Source: Octopus bimaculoides (lineage: Eukaryota). Taken from it: a stretch of 64,000 nucleotides of DNA. Within the stretch, counting starts at the first letter, position 1, and the number at the start of each line of letters is the position of its first letter. The translations under genes and the position numbers were made by a program. The notes under the pieces were generated by a model. The model ran no database searches. It had not been told where the DNA came from and worked only from the letters and a program-made list of their open reading frames with translations. Location: the NCBI RefSeq assembly GCF_001194135.2, contig NC_068986.1, positions 111,521,560 through 111,585,559 on the forward strand. The letters run 5' to 3'. Shown piece by piece: positions 52,419 through 64,000 of the stretch.

Positions 52419-53170
52419 TGTGGTCCTTCGTGTCTATACTTCCTCTTCGAAATAATTTCCTTTTGTGGTGCTTGATATCTATACTTGCTATTCCAAATAA
52501 ATCGCATGATATTTGTGCGGATATGTGGATATTTTTGGTTATGCTTGCGTGCTTATGTGTGTATGTAAGTCTGCGCATGCGTGTGCTTATTGGATATGAC
52601 AATGAAAAGTAGCCAATTGCATATATTTTCCTTTCGTTAATGTGTGTGTATATGTAAATATGCCAGAAAATACGTCACAGGCAAGCGAGAAAATTATATA
52701 CTAAACAGATTTGAAAATCATTTGCTGGCTTGCCCCAACTTTTCAATGCACTGCTTCTAATTCATGTGTGTGTGTGTGCGTGCGTATGTGCGCGCGCGCG
52801 TGTGTGAGGGTATGTTTGTGTATATGGTATATAGAATGATATTGACGGGCATGAATTTCATACACAGTAGTTTTACACTTTCTATATATATATGAAATTC
52901 TAAAAAAGGTTTAGGGAATATAGTCAATAACAAAATCTAATCAGAAATAATAGTACTATTTGGAAAAGTTTAAACAAGAATACACCCATATTAACAAAAG
53001 AAAGATATATGAAATCGGCTACTTTTCATTAACATAGCCAATAAGCGCACGCATGCGCAAATTTACATGCGTACATATGCACACACGCATAACCAAAATG
53101 TATCCACATATACACACAGAAACATTATAAGCTTTATTTGGAATAGCAAGTATAGACCCGAAGGACCACA
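52419..53170. repeat. Imperfect inverted repeat (arms ~52419-52618 and 53012-53170, ~400-bp spacer)
   Basis: TGTGGTCCTTCG.GTCTATACTT..., GCGCATGCGTG.GCTTATTGG.TATG..AATGAAAAGTAGCC is present in both orientations; the left arm has a 45-bp tandem duplication. Confidence 0.85.
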
Positions 53171-53303
53171 TTCCTAAATTAAACCTACAGAATTCATTCA
53201 AAGGAAAACACGCTGCGTGTAAACAGGACAAATTGAATCGGGACTGGGTAAATCACTGGAAATACAGAGGTGAGTGAAGGTGTTGGGGTTGGTAGAAGGA
53301 GAC

Positions 53304-53304
<1 letters not shown>

Positions 53305-53365
<61 letters not shown>

Positions 53366-53409
53366 TGATAATAATAATAATNNNNNNNNNNATAATAATA
53401 ATAATAATG

Positions 53410-53465
<56 letters not shown>
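53305..53465. repeat. (TAA)n microsatellite with a small gap
   Basis: Directly visible. Confidence 0.95.
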
Positions 53466-53469
<4 letters not shown>

Positions 53470-53713
53470 GAGATGATGGCCTTGGACATAAAGTATATCT
53501 AAGAAACGATAGATTTTTACAGTTCAGAAAATGTTTAAATACTCTGGATGATCGTGCAAGCAGTGTTATTGAACAGAGAGAGCTTTCAGTTAGCCACAAA
53601 CGCAAGCGAAAACACACGCGCGAATCATACACGCGCGCGCGCGCGCACACACACACACATACACACACACATACATGCATACACGCAAAAGAGTGAAAGA
53701 GTGAGAGATTGAT

Positions 53714-53748
<35 letters not shown>

Positions 53749-53815
53749 CATATACATATATAGATGTGTATGTGCACAAATACACACACACAAACACACC
53801 AACAAGCACACACAC

Positions 53816-53850
<35 letters not shown>

Positions 53851-53955
53851 TATATATATACACAAATATATATATATATAAAGACAAAGGGAGAGGAGGG
53901 AAGAAGCGATAGATTGACAGATGATAGATGTTTGTGTGAATCAATTATATTCTCT

Positions 53956-53998
<43 letters not shown>

Positions 53999-54996
53999 TC
54001 TCTCTCTCTCTCAATCTATCTCAGTATGAATGAAGCTTACTATTTATTTTTTTATATGTCTGCTTCTATTGTATCAATTCAGTTACATAATAATTTTACC
54101 ACATATGCTTTAAAATGTTTTTCTTCAATATATTTTATTCTGTCAAAGCGTGCTAAATCGATAACACATTCATCTCCAAACTATATCAATTGAAATGCAA
54201 TCCCCTTGTGATTATCTGTGTACTCTCCACTTTCACATAAGTTATCGCGTATCTCTTTCCTCCCACACTGATCATTGCTTTGACATATCGCATACAGCTT
54301 AAGGTAGTGGTAGCAAGCGACGTTTTACGCCATTTATATGCCTCAGTTGATTCTAATAACGTCGCCATTTCCATATTTTTACAGCCCTCTCAATGCCTTT
54401 TTACTGAACAGTCAGTTTTATCCATATTCATCATGAATAATACTTTTTTTTTGTTTTCTTTCCTATTAAAAGGACAGACATTTATATCGTGGATTTGTTA
54501 ACTTTTACTTTTTCATTTCCGTGTATATTAAATACCGCATATATGTATTCACCTCTCCGTACTCTCCACAGTAGTGTATGCAATGTGACATGTTTCAGCA
54601 TTATATTTATGCAATAAATCGGCCAACCGGACAAGATCAAAGTCATTGTGCATAGCAGAAACATGCAGAGATCGTGTCTTTTGATTTTTGCGTTCAATCG
54701 TGTGTGTATGTGAGTATATATACATACATACATATANNNNNNNNNNNNNNNNNNNNNNNNNNNNNNNNNNNNNNNTATATATATATATATATATGGGTGG
54801 GGGGCAATATGTAAGTATATATGCATACACATATGTGTGTGTGTTTGTGTGTGTGTATGTCTATGTGTGTGGATTTATATGATCGGTTATGAGCGTGCTT
54901 TTGTTTGCATGTATGACTATATAAGTACACTCACCCACCACTACTTATACAGTGCATAAGAGAAAAAAAGCGCCATATGTGTATTTATATTTACAG

Positions 54997-55051
54997 ACGT
55001 GTATTTATAAAATCACTTTTGGATGCTGTACATCATATGTATCTTCTTACG
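54997..55051 (+). CDS. Candidate 55-nt micro-exon (coding frame unresolved)
   Basis: Acceptor GTATTTATATTTACAG|A and donor ACG|GTAAGT; two frames are open (RVFIKSLLDAVHHMYLLT or TCIYKITFGCCTSYVSSY). Confidence 0.2.
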
Positions 55052-55919
55052 GTAAGTATTCAATGTTAGCCAAATGACAGGCATTGCCATAAATGTGACG
55101 TGGATTTGAACTAAGCAATTTTACCTCAAATACTTCTTTTCCTACTTCCTTTCACATTTTTCATAAATCACCTTCCGCTAAATCAGATTTTCTTAAGGAG
55201 TACGACAGCTAATAACTAATGGTTAATTAATCCATATGTGGGACTCTCTACAATAAGATTTATGGGACCTTAATCATAAATAATTATTTAATTTATGTAG
55301 TAGCAAAAAGGTAACTATTTAATAGCAATTGGAACTAAATCTTTTTTATATAAAAATCTGATCATGAATATATTATCAAATATAAAAATACTTTAAAATG
55401 TATGTATCGCTCATTTTACCACCCCGAAATTAGAAGAACGTACTAACTGGTTTTCAATTCCTGCTGTAACTTTACTAATTGCAGCTAATTGAAAATTATA
55501 CACTAGTATTCCAGTACTCTTTACCTGGCCTACACATCTTCGAATAATCAGTGATGCACTTTCATAGGCACGGCATCAATTTCCCGGAACATTTGGTTCC
55601 AAAATCTGTTCAGGATTACCGATTCTGCCAAATCAGAAGTAGTCTTTATGATAAACACATTCTAAACAAAACAAAAGAAAAATAAATAGATGAAATACAG
55701 GTACACGTAATTTAGTGCAATGTAATGCGGATTATAAAATATCCCTAACCTTCAATGTCCGGAAAGTCGGTGGTTTATATGTGTTTCGTATATCTGTCTA
55801 TTTTACAACAGTAATAGCTGTCGAACTATTGGTTGTTATATCTGGTTGATGGTTGTTAGAATATATCTCACCATTCATGCCTGGTCTAGTAGAAGATACT
55901 AACAACTGTACTGCCGAGT

Positions 55920-56070
55920 ATCGATATGTTAACTCCTTGCTCGACACCTCTTGCATCGCCAATACACCTAGTGTTGATTCAACTGTGCTTTCTCATAGAA
56001 TAATAAAAACCGTGTTCTGTGATTATTTGTCTTCTGCAATATAAACTTGGCGTTGACCTCTGAGTAGCGG
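55920..56070 (-). pseudogene. Possible FLYWCH-type zinc-finger relic (Mutator-like transposase fragment)
   Basis: Minus: ...IITEHGFYYSMRK /frameshift/ VYWRCKRCRAR resembles the FLYWCH pattern GYxY...YWRC...CRAR; short and interrupted. Confidence 0.3.
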
Positions 56071-57985
56071 CCAAACAGCTCGGGCTGAATTACAAGTAGG
56101 TGTTGAATGCAATACCGGTATTACAAAATTACTCAGAATTAAATATCGGAGGGCATGGATTCTTCGTCTCCATGAGAGAAATTTAGTTATGTATTCATCT
56201 CAGACATTGCCACAGGTTTATATATTTCAAGGAAAGTGTTATTTCTATTGATTCCATCTCGGTATATGTTTGGATCTCAGGAATTAACTATGAGAGATCT
56301 ACACAATTGCTCGTCATGCTACAAATAGTAGAAAGTGTTCCATACACGATGAGATAAAATATATTATATGTATGTGACACTATTTACATTGGAAGCTGCC
56401 TTTAGAAAGTAAGAAAACCGTCACCACTCACGTTTTCTGCTTGATGAAAATTTAATTTCATTTGCACTCAGAAACTGGCGTTGAAAGACAAAGCATTATG
56501 ATTTATAAACTGACTGTTAAACACTGTGGTTTGAGTTATTGAGTATAACATTTTATAAGTTATCTCTGTAGATGGTGCAGTATCTGAATCGTTATTGGTA
56601 TAGGAAGCTACGTCAATCCTAAGGGACCATAAAGACTGTTGCTGTTGCTTCATGCAAACTTTAAGCACAGTCAACCAAAACTGAGCAGACAGGGTGTTGA
56701 TATTTTCGTTAGTACTCACTCCACAAAGAGTGGATCTAATAATATCTCGTAGAGGGATGACTAGCGTCAGTCGTCCAACAAGAGCAGAAGTGTCACGGCT
56801 GTTTTGGACGATGGCAAACAACATGTTCTCCCAAATAATTAACAGTTGTTGTCTAGAATCAGGTCAAGCTTCACAGTGGGCACTTAGTGTTGCTTTTATT
56901 ATTTGTATGTTGTTGATGATTGTGACATTTAAACTGAGCTCAGAATCAAATATATTATTGAATGCATTTCAGCCTTGAAAATTTCGTCTTTTTCCTTAAA
57001 ATGAAGCATCTAGAAATACCTTCGCCAATGTGTCTCATTCTCTCCGTTAAACCAGTAAGAGATAATCGAAGAGTAACACCACTAATATGTCTAACAAGTC
57101 AACCAAATACCTAAAAATGTCTTCATCTTTTCGTCGTGTAATATGATAACTTCAGTTTGGTTTTACGACAAGAGTTAATGCTAAAATGTATTTCTACAAC
57201 GAAAAGCAATCAATGTCAACGTAGTCTTCATGTATATTTACTAGGTTTCTCTCTGACTGGTAATATGTTTAATGTGTGTGTGACTTTGTCCATGTATATA
57301 TANNNNNNNNNNNNNNNNNNNNNNNNNNNNNNNNNNNNNNNNNNNNNNNNNNNNNNNNNNNNNNNNNNNNNNNNNNNNNNNNNNNNNNNNNNNNNNNNNN
57401 NNNNNNNNNNNNNNNNNNNNNNNNNNNNNNNNNNNNNNNNNNNNNNNNNNNNNNNNNNNNNNNNNNNNNNNNNNNNNNNNNNNNNNNNNNNNNNNNNNNN
57501 NNNNNNNNNNNNNNNNNNNNNNNNNNNNNNNNNNNNNNNNNNNNNNNNNNNNNNNNNNNNNNNNNNNNNNNNNNNNNNNNNNNNNNNNNNNNNNNNNNNN
57601 NNNNNNNNNNNNNNNNNNNNNNNNNNNNNNNNNNNNNNNNNNNNNNNNNNNNNNNNNNNNNNNNNNNNNNNNNNNNNNNNNNNNNNNNNNNNNNNNNNNN
57701 NNNNNNNNNNNNNNNNNNNNNNNNNNNNNNNNNNNNNNNNNNNNNNNNNNNNNNNNNNNNNNNNNNNNNNNNNNNNNNNNNNNNNNNNNNNNNNNNNNNN
57801 NNNNNNNNNNNNNNNNNNNNNNNNNNNNNNNNNNNNNNNNNNNNNNNNNNNNNNNNNNNNNNNNNNNNNNNNNNNNNNNNNNNNNNNNNNNNNNNNNNNN
57901 NNNNNNNNNNNNNNNNNNNNNNNNNNNNNNNNNNNNNNNNNNNNNNNNNNNNNNNNNNNNNNNNNNNNNNNNNNNNNNNNNNNNN

Positions 57986-58063
57986 GTGATGCCACACAGT
58001 GGGACTGAATCCGGAACAATGTGGTTGGTAAGCAAGCTACTTCCACAAAGCCACTCCTGCGCC
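57986..58063 (-). mobile_element. Family A SINE head, cut by an assembly gap
   Basis: Minus: GGCGCAGGAGTGGCTTTGTGGAAGTAGCTTGCTTACCAACCACATTGTTCCGGATTCAGTCCCACTGTGTGGCATCAC. Confidence 0.85.
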
Positions 58064-60389
58064 TATATATATATATATATATATATATAACCACATACAC
58101 ATACATAGTAATAGTTTTTTCAAACAACTTGCAGACGCAAGTACTACCAGTTGAAAGCTCCAGATACCGGATGATAGCGATTTAATTGGGTCACCAGGAG
58201 AGAATGCGCGCCGTTTTGAGTCCTTCCTGTCAACAGTATCATTGTGCACCGGCTCCCCTCACTGAAATGAAGCCCTGCTTGCTAGACCTACTGGTTATCA
58301 GCATTCGATCAATATTCTTTTTTAACAAAATCCAGTGGTTTGCCTTTTCCACTATCTACATGAGAAACAGTTAACTCGACTAGATTTACCACTTTCTTTC
58401 TGTTGCACCATTGTATTATAACCGGTTTCTTCGTAACTGGAATGAGATAGAATTTTTGGCAACCTGGTAAATCTGNNNNNNNNNNNNNNNNNNNNNNNNN
58501 NNNNNNNNNNNNNNNNNNNNNNNNNNNNNNNNNNNNNNNNNNNNNNNNNNNNNNNNNNNNNNNNNNNNNNNNNNNNNNNNNNNNNNNNNNNNNNNNNNNN
58601 NNNNNNNNNNNNNNNNNNNNNNNNTATATATATATATATATATATATGAACAGTTAATTACTACTGTCTCATTAAGCTCGATGAAGATTAGAAATATCGA
58701 TGTTTAACGATGTTTAACACATACACCACCTATACAAGGATATAGAATCATGATAAATATGTAGACGATGATCTTTAACCAATTTCAGTCTCTCTAATTT
58801 GTAAAAGGAGTAACGTATGAGAAGTAAATTTTCATTCCTTGTACTATTTATCATGTCCTTATCTTTCATGCTTTCAATGTTTCTTTGTTGAAGACTATAA
58901 TTTCCTTATGGTCATATTTTAAAAAGACAATTACAAATGGATTTGTTTACTTGAGTCCTTGACGCTACGTCTTTTTGTTGGGTGCTGTGATTTGGAGAAT
59001 ATTACATGATTATGAATGTGGCAGATTTAACATTTTCATAGAGGTCCTATATTTCCTAGGCCATTGCATATAGGTGACGTAGGTAAAATTTAATTTAAAA
59101 GATTGAATTGTAAGGAGTGGCAAAAATAGCTATGCAGTCATGATATTGAAAAGAAGAGATGAAATTTTAAAGCGACATAAAAAGAAAAGAACATCATACA
59201 TATTTTATCAGGCGGTATATATGGCTAATATAGTAAAATATCTATTTAAAATATCACTTCCTTATATATTTAATTTATCCAGAATATATCTTCACTTTTA
59301 TAGAAGTAGAATTCTTAATTCAAGTATTTGGCAACTTATTGCTGACGATGTATGTAGTTGTTGTGCTTATTGTTGTTGTTGTTGTTGTTAAAGTGTATTG
59401 AAATTCGCTCTTAGATAATAAGTATGAAATCCCTTACGTCGTTACAACAATATTGCTTTTCATAAACATGGTTTAATTAAAGAATATATCAACCAGTGTA
59501 ATATCATACATTCTTAAAATAACGTTTAATGTTGATTGAGGGCGAAGGAACTTTCTATTTCTAGTACATCGAACGATCACAGAGATTCCTCATGTTGATG
59601 TCGTTGGCTGGTTGCTACTCAACACCAATATGTGTTGTCATTGCGTTAAAGAAATATAGACTTTTCATTATGATATATTTAATTTGTACCGGGAAATATA
59701 TTTACGAAGTCTTTGAATCAATAAGTACTGACGGTTTGTTCACTCACTACAACAAAGACATGTGAAGAACGACGAAAGAAAATAACATTAATATATATAA
59801 AATAAGTGACAATAATTTCGTAATGATACAAGCTGACTTCAAAGGTTGTGAATCGTAAGAAATGCTTAATGTTTTTTAAGTAATTAATATCTGAAGAACT
59901 AGAGTGTTTCCATGCATGTGTAAGTGTATAGTGTGTAAGTTTCAATACATCGATATTGATTTATCTATATTTCTACATCCTTTTCTTGTTCATTGTAACA
60001 GACGAAGGATGCATGTGCACGTATATGTGTGTACAGTTATACGAATACATTCGTTTCTATGTAAGAATAGACACTTGTATGATTTTGTGTACGTATGAAA
60101 AGAGAATTCTATGTAGCTGTCGTTTATTTCGTCTCTTTCTCTGTATCTCGTTTTGTTTGCCTGTATGTTCGAGAGCATATGTATGTGTGTGCGTGTTTTC
60201 TGTGTGAATTATATATGTATGTGTGCATTAATTTCAATTTAATTGTATAATCATCAATCAATTTATTTCCTTATACTACTTTCTATATAAATATATATGG
60301 ATATATGTATGTATAAAGCAATTTCTCAATCCTTTCATTCTTCCGCTCTCAATCTCTTGATAATTTGCAGAGCTTTCTACCACACGTTT

Positions 60390-60393
60390 ACAT

Positions 60394-60429
<36 letters not shown>

Positions 60430-60507
60430 ACACACGCACACACATGCATACATACATACACACATACATACATACATACATACATACATACATACATACA
60501 TACATAC
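60390..60507. repeat. (CA)n/(CATA)n microsatellite
   Basis: Directly visible. Confidence 0.95.
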
Positions 60508-63454
60508 AACTATAGCTATAGATATGGATTGGAGATTTTTGTTTTTGAAAGAAAGTAAAAATTATTCAAACATAAAGTTGTATTTACATATACTATTAAA
60601 AGTTGAAACCATTTGATTTTAATTTCTCACAATTTCATGTTAAGAATTACTCAAACGATTTCTTTCATTGACTGACAGCAGAAAAATGAGACAAACGTTA
60701 CAGGATATTTGCGTTAAATTTAATGTTTATATCATTAATGTTTGCATCTGTGCGTGGGTGTGCTGGAGTGCATGGGTGCGTGAGTGTAAACTTACGCAGA
60801 AGATATACAAACAGGGAAAATTTAGCTGTCTTCTATATTGTAAAAAATGATGACTAGCTTTAATCGATTTCCGAACCTCATTGGCTTCTCGTCAGAGGCG
60901 TCTGATTAGCTTATCTGTTTTGAACAAAAAAAACTAGTAAACTGTATGGCGAACGAAAATCTATAAATCAGAACGTTCCAAATGCTGTGAGTTAATAAAA
61001 TTCTGTGTTAGTAAACCGTACGAGTTAGTAAAAACACTACTGCCAAAATATCTCCAGCTTACACTTTTCATTGATGGCCTGCCTCATGCTACACAGTTGA
61101 GCAACTTTCTTACTGTTATTTTGAAACCATTCTGCTCCTAATTATTGTGTTTCATCCAGGATGTCATTAGTTCTTTTATTCATCTGCACAAAACATACGA
61201 AGATCATTGTTGGTTGCATTTAAGTTGGTATCTCTTAATGAAAATATTCTACATCGTGTATGAAAAGCAGCAATGAAGTATTGGAGCGAAAACCTTTGAG
61301 AAGTTATATCTATATCATGTTTCATAGACTTCCTTTTTTGTCTTTTCTTTTGAGAATAATACATTCATTTGCCACTTGAACAACGTCTGTGAAAATCCAG
61401 GTGTAGCAATGAGAATAATATTTGCTCTAGTATATGCAAATACATTGGAGGTATATTTGCAACAATCCTAACTCGAAGTATAAAAAGATTAGTGTACTGA
61501 TTTAGATGATATCTAGAGGACATATAGAATAGATTTCATGATGAATCTGTTTCAAGCTTGGAAAAATATGTTGAGGTTTTTATATGAACTCACTATTCTA
61601 ATGAATAATTGATATGAAACTTTGAAATTTGCAATGAAATCGAGTATGACAAATGGAAAGTAACAAAATCAGAAGCAGAGACGCACAGACACATACAAAC
61701 GCACAGAAGCAAACGCACAATCACCCAATCACACACAATGCACGCGCTTATGTATGAATCAACATAGTCGGAAAGCACATCCACAATCTATGTCTCATAT
61801 GATTTAGCAAGGAATAATTGTAACATGTGACGGTGGAACGATAAAAGAAAAAGGATGCGCATAATTCCAATGTTTTCTACTTAAATAAAAAAAATATAAG
61901 CGACCTGCATTTATAAAAAATTATACGGATTTTTCAACAAGAATGTCTATAGAATAATCGCATTACAACCCCAAAACAAGGAACACGAGATTGGGTTTTA
62001 CTACTTTTATAGCGATCAGAACATAATAAACGTCACCAAATCCAACTTGATTACAATCATAGAAACGCATACTTCTTTAAAATATGCGACGACCAAATAA
62101 ATTGTAACGGCTGCTGACAAAGGTAAATTTGATATGGACATCAACGATAAAATCTGGGGAGTATTTAAGTTCAAGGAAAACTGTTGTTCATGCTGTTTAT
62201 CATGTTAGCTCAAATACTTAATGGAAAATATCTACAAACAGAAGTTTGATTCATAAAATCGGATAGCTAATTCATTATCAAAATCCTAAATCGTAACGAA
62301 GTATATATATATTGATCAATATAATTATCAAGCCTAGAAGCGGAACAGGAGAACATTTGAGAACCTGGTGTTACAGTGATCGCATTAAGATGCTATTCGG
62401 AGACATTTTTCAATGATTATTGCATTTTTTTATAACCTTCATGAAGCAGATGAAGCTCCTTGGAAGTGAAAGTAAAAATTTCTGAAGAGACGCACCATTT
62501 GTTTATTGAACTAATTAATTCGCATTAGTACTGTATATGTGTGAGTGTGTATATATAAGTATATTAAGTGTATGATTTAACTTATAAAACAATGTTCAAC
62601 AAATTCAATCATATTTTTCTTAAATGGAGGAGATTAGATGTTAATATGGATTGAAATTATATTTATTCATGAAGCTATACATATATATGTAGCTATATAT
62701 ATTCAGGTTTATATATATGCATACGGAGATAGGGAGAGAGAGAGAGAGAGACATATATACCTATATGTGTGTGTGTGTGTGTGTGTGTTTATATGCATGT
62801 ATGCATCTATACATATATAAATGTTCAAGATTCAAGTGAAACACGTCCGAAACTAATAAAGCAAGTATGTGTGTTTTGGGGTACGTCTTTATGCTTTATG
62901 CGTGTTTCTTTTTCGTTCGTATGTGATGATACATAATTTATAGTTGATTCTGGACGTGTGTAAGTAGATATATCATATGTCCCTTTGTCACTGAACATCA
63001 GCAGAAGCATGCACGTTCATTATGATGAATCACCGAGGTGTAGCTTCGTATTATCTTTAATGTTCTTTTCTGGCTAAAAAATGAAATAAAATAACTTTAT
63101 ATTCTAGGAGCTAGAGTGCGATGTAAAATTCTCCACTATTCCGAAGTCATCCTCCTACTATGAACATTTTTCGCTTCCCACCCCGTTCCTATCACCTTAA
63201 TGATTTTCCTTTATAAACCTGTGAAATTAAGTGATATTCTGGCCGACGTTCGCCAGAGGGTCATGAAATGACAGAAATTTGGATCCATGGATTATTCTTT
63301 TTCTTTTAAATGATAAATTCGTGCATATATTCACCTGATAAAAATGGTTCTTTTCACAAGATATATTAAATGTATTCAGCAATAATGAAACATGTCTAAA
63401 ACAGCTGTGGTGAATGAACCAATGAACCACTATCAATTTGTTGTTATTTGTTTG

Positions 63455-63487
<33 letters not shown>

Positions 63488-63899
63488 TATGTATATTATG
63501 TGTGTGTGCATGTATATATATATATGTATATATTATGTGTGTGTGTGCATGTGTATATACATATATATATATATATNNNNNNNNNNTATATATAAAAGTA
63601 TGTATGTATGTATGTATGTATGTAGATGTAACGACAAGCAAGTTAGGCAAGTCGATATACAAAAAAAATTAAATACATTTAATAAAAATCATATGTATAT
63701 ATGTATATATAAAACAATCTGACTTACACACAATAGAAAGGATATGAGGATTTAAGGGGGTTGCACAAGAGTTTTACGCGTCTTATAGCTATTTTCTGGG
63801 GTTTGGTGGTCCAAAATAATGTTTATAAATTGATTCCATCATCAGATACCACCAGCTTCCGTCTTTAGGGAAGAATTTTACAGAGAATAACAACCTTTA

Positions 63900-63963
<64 letters not shown>

Positions 63964-63985
63964 CCTATTCTATCTATCTAGTTAT
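63900..63985. repeat. (TATC)n microsatellite
   Basis: Directly visible tetranucleotide array. Confidence 0.95.
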
Positions 63986-64000
63986 CTATTAATCTAAATA

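Noticed and set aside
56468-56824. 118-aa minus ORF with a faint Mutator DDE-like TAP..LYSI segment
   Set aside because: The catalytic DGTF motif is absent, and its position relative to the FLYWCH-like relic does not fit one element.
58037-58374. GC-richer segment with short ORFs on both strands
   Set aside because: No recognisable domain or convincing splice pair.
60857-60899. Minus-strand CTGACGA...GAAA-TCGAT-T hammerhead-like string
   Set aside because: Stem I does not pair and stem II needs a bulge plus an extra base; such partial matches are plausible by chance in 64 kb.

Overview
AT-rich eukaryotic DNA with very dense microsatellites and 15 N-gaps, most flanked by (TA)n or other simple repeats, as in a short-read assembly. 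The repeat families resemble those of octopus/coleoid cephalopod genomes; this taxon call is inference, not proof. No intact protein-coding gene, true tRNA, rRNA or CRISPR array is supportable, and almost all ORF-track entries are microsatellite or N-gap artefacts. The window looks intronic or intergenic and holds: (1) a decayed Helitron Pif1-type helicase (38.2-39.75 kb, minus); (2) several R4/Dong-clade restriction-like-endonuclease LINE fragments, mostly in (TAA)n tracts, including a stack at 49.5-51.7 kb and an internally deleted copy at 21.3-22.0 kb; (3) an RTE LINE 3' fragment; (4) at least three tRNA-derived SINE families with shared or swapped modules; (5) four sequence-unrelated small elements with minimal type I hammerhead-ribozyme-like folds of the kind known from Penelope-like elements. 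Three of these four are palindromic fold-backs, and one appears fused to a tRNA-like SINE head. Item 5 is the most interesting signal. Two candidate micro-exons hint at a plus-strand host gene that cannot be identified.
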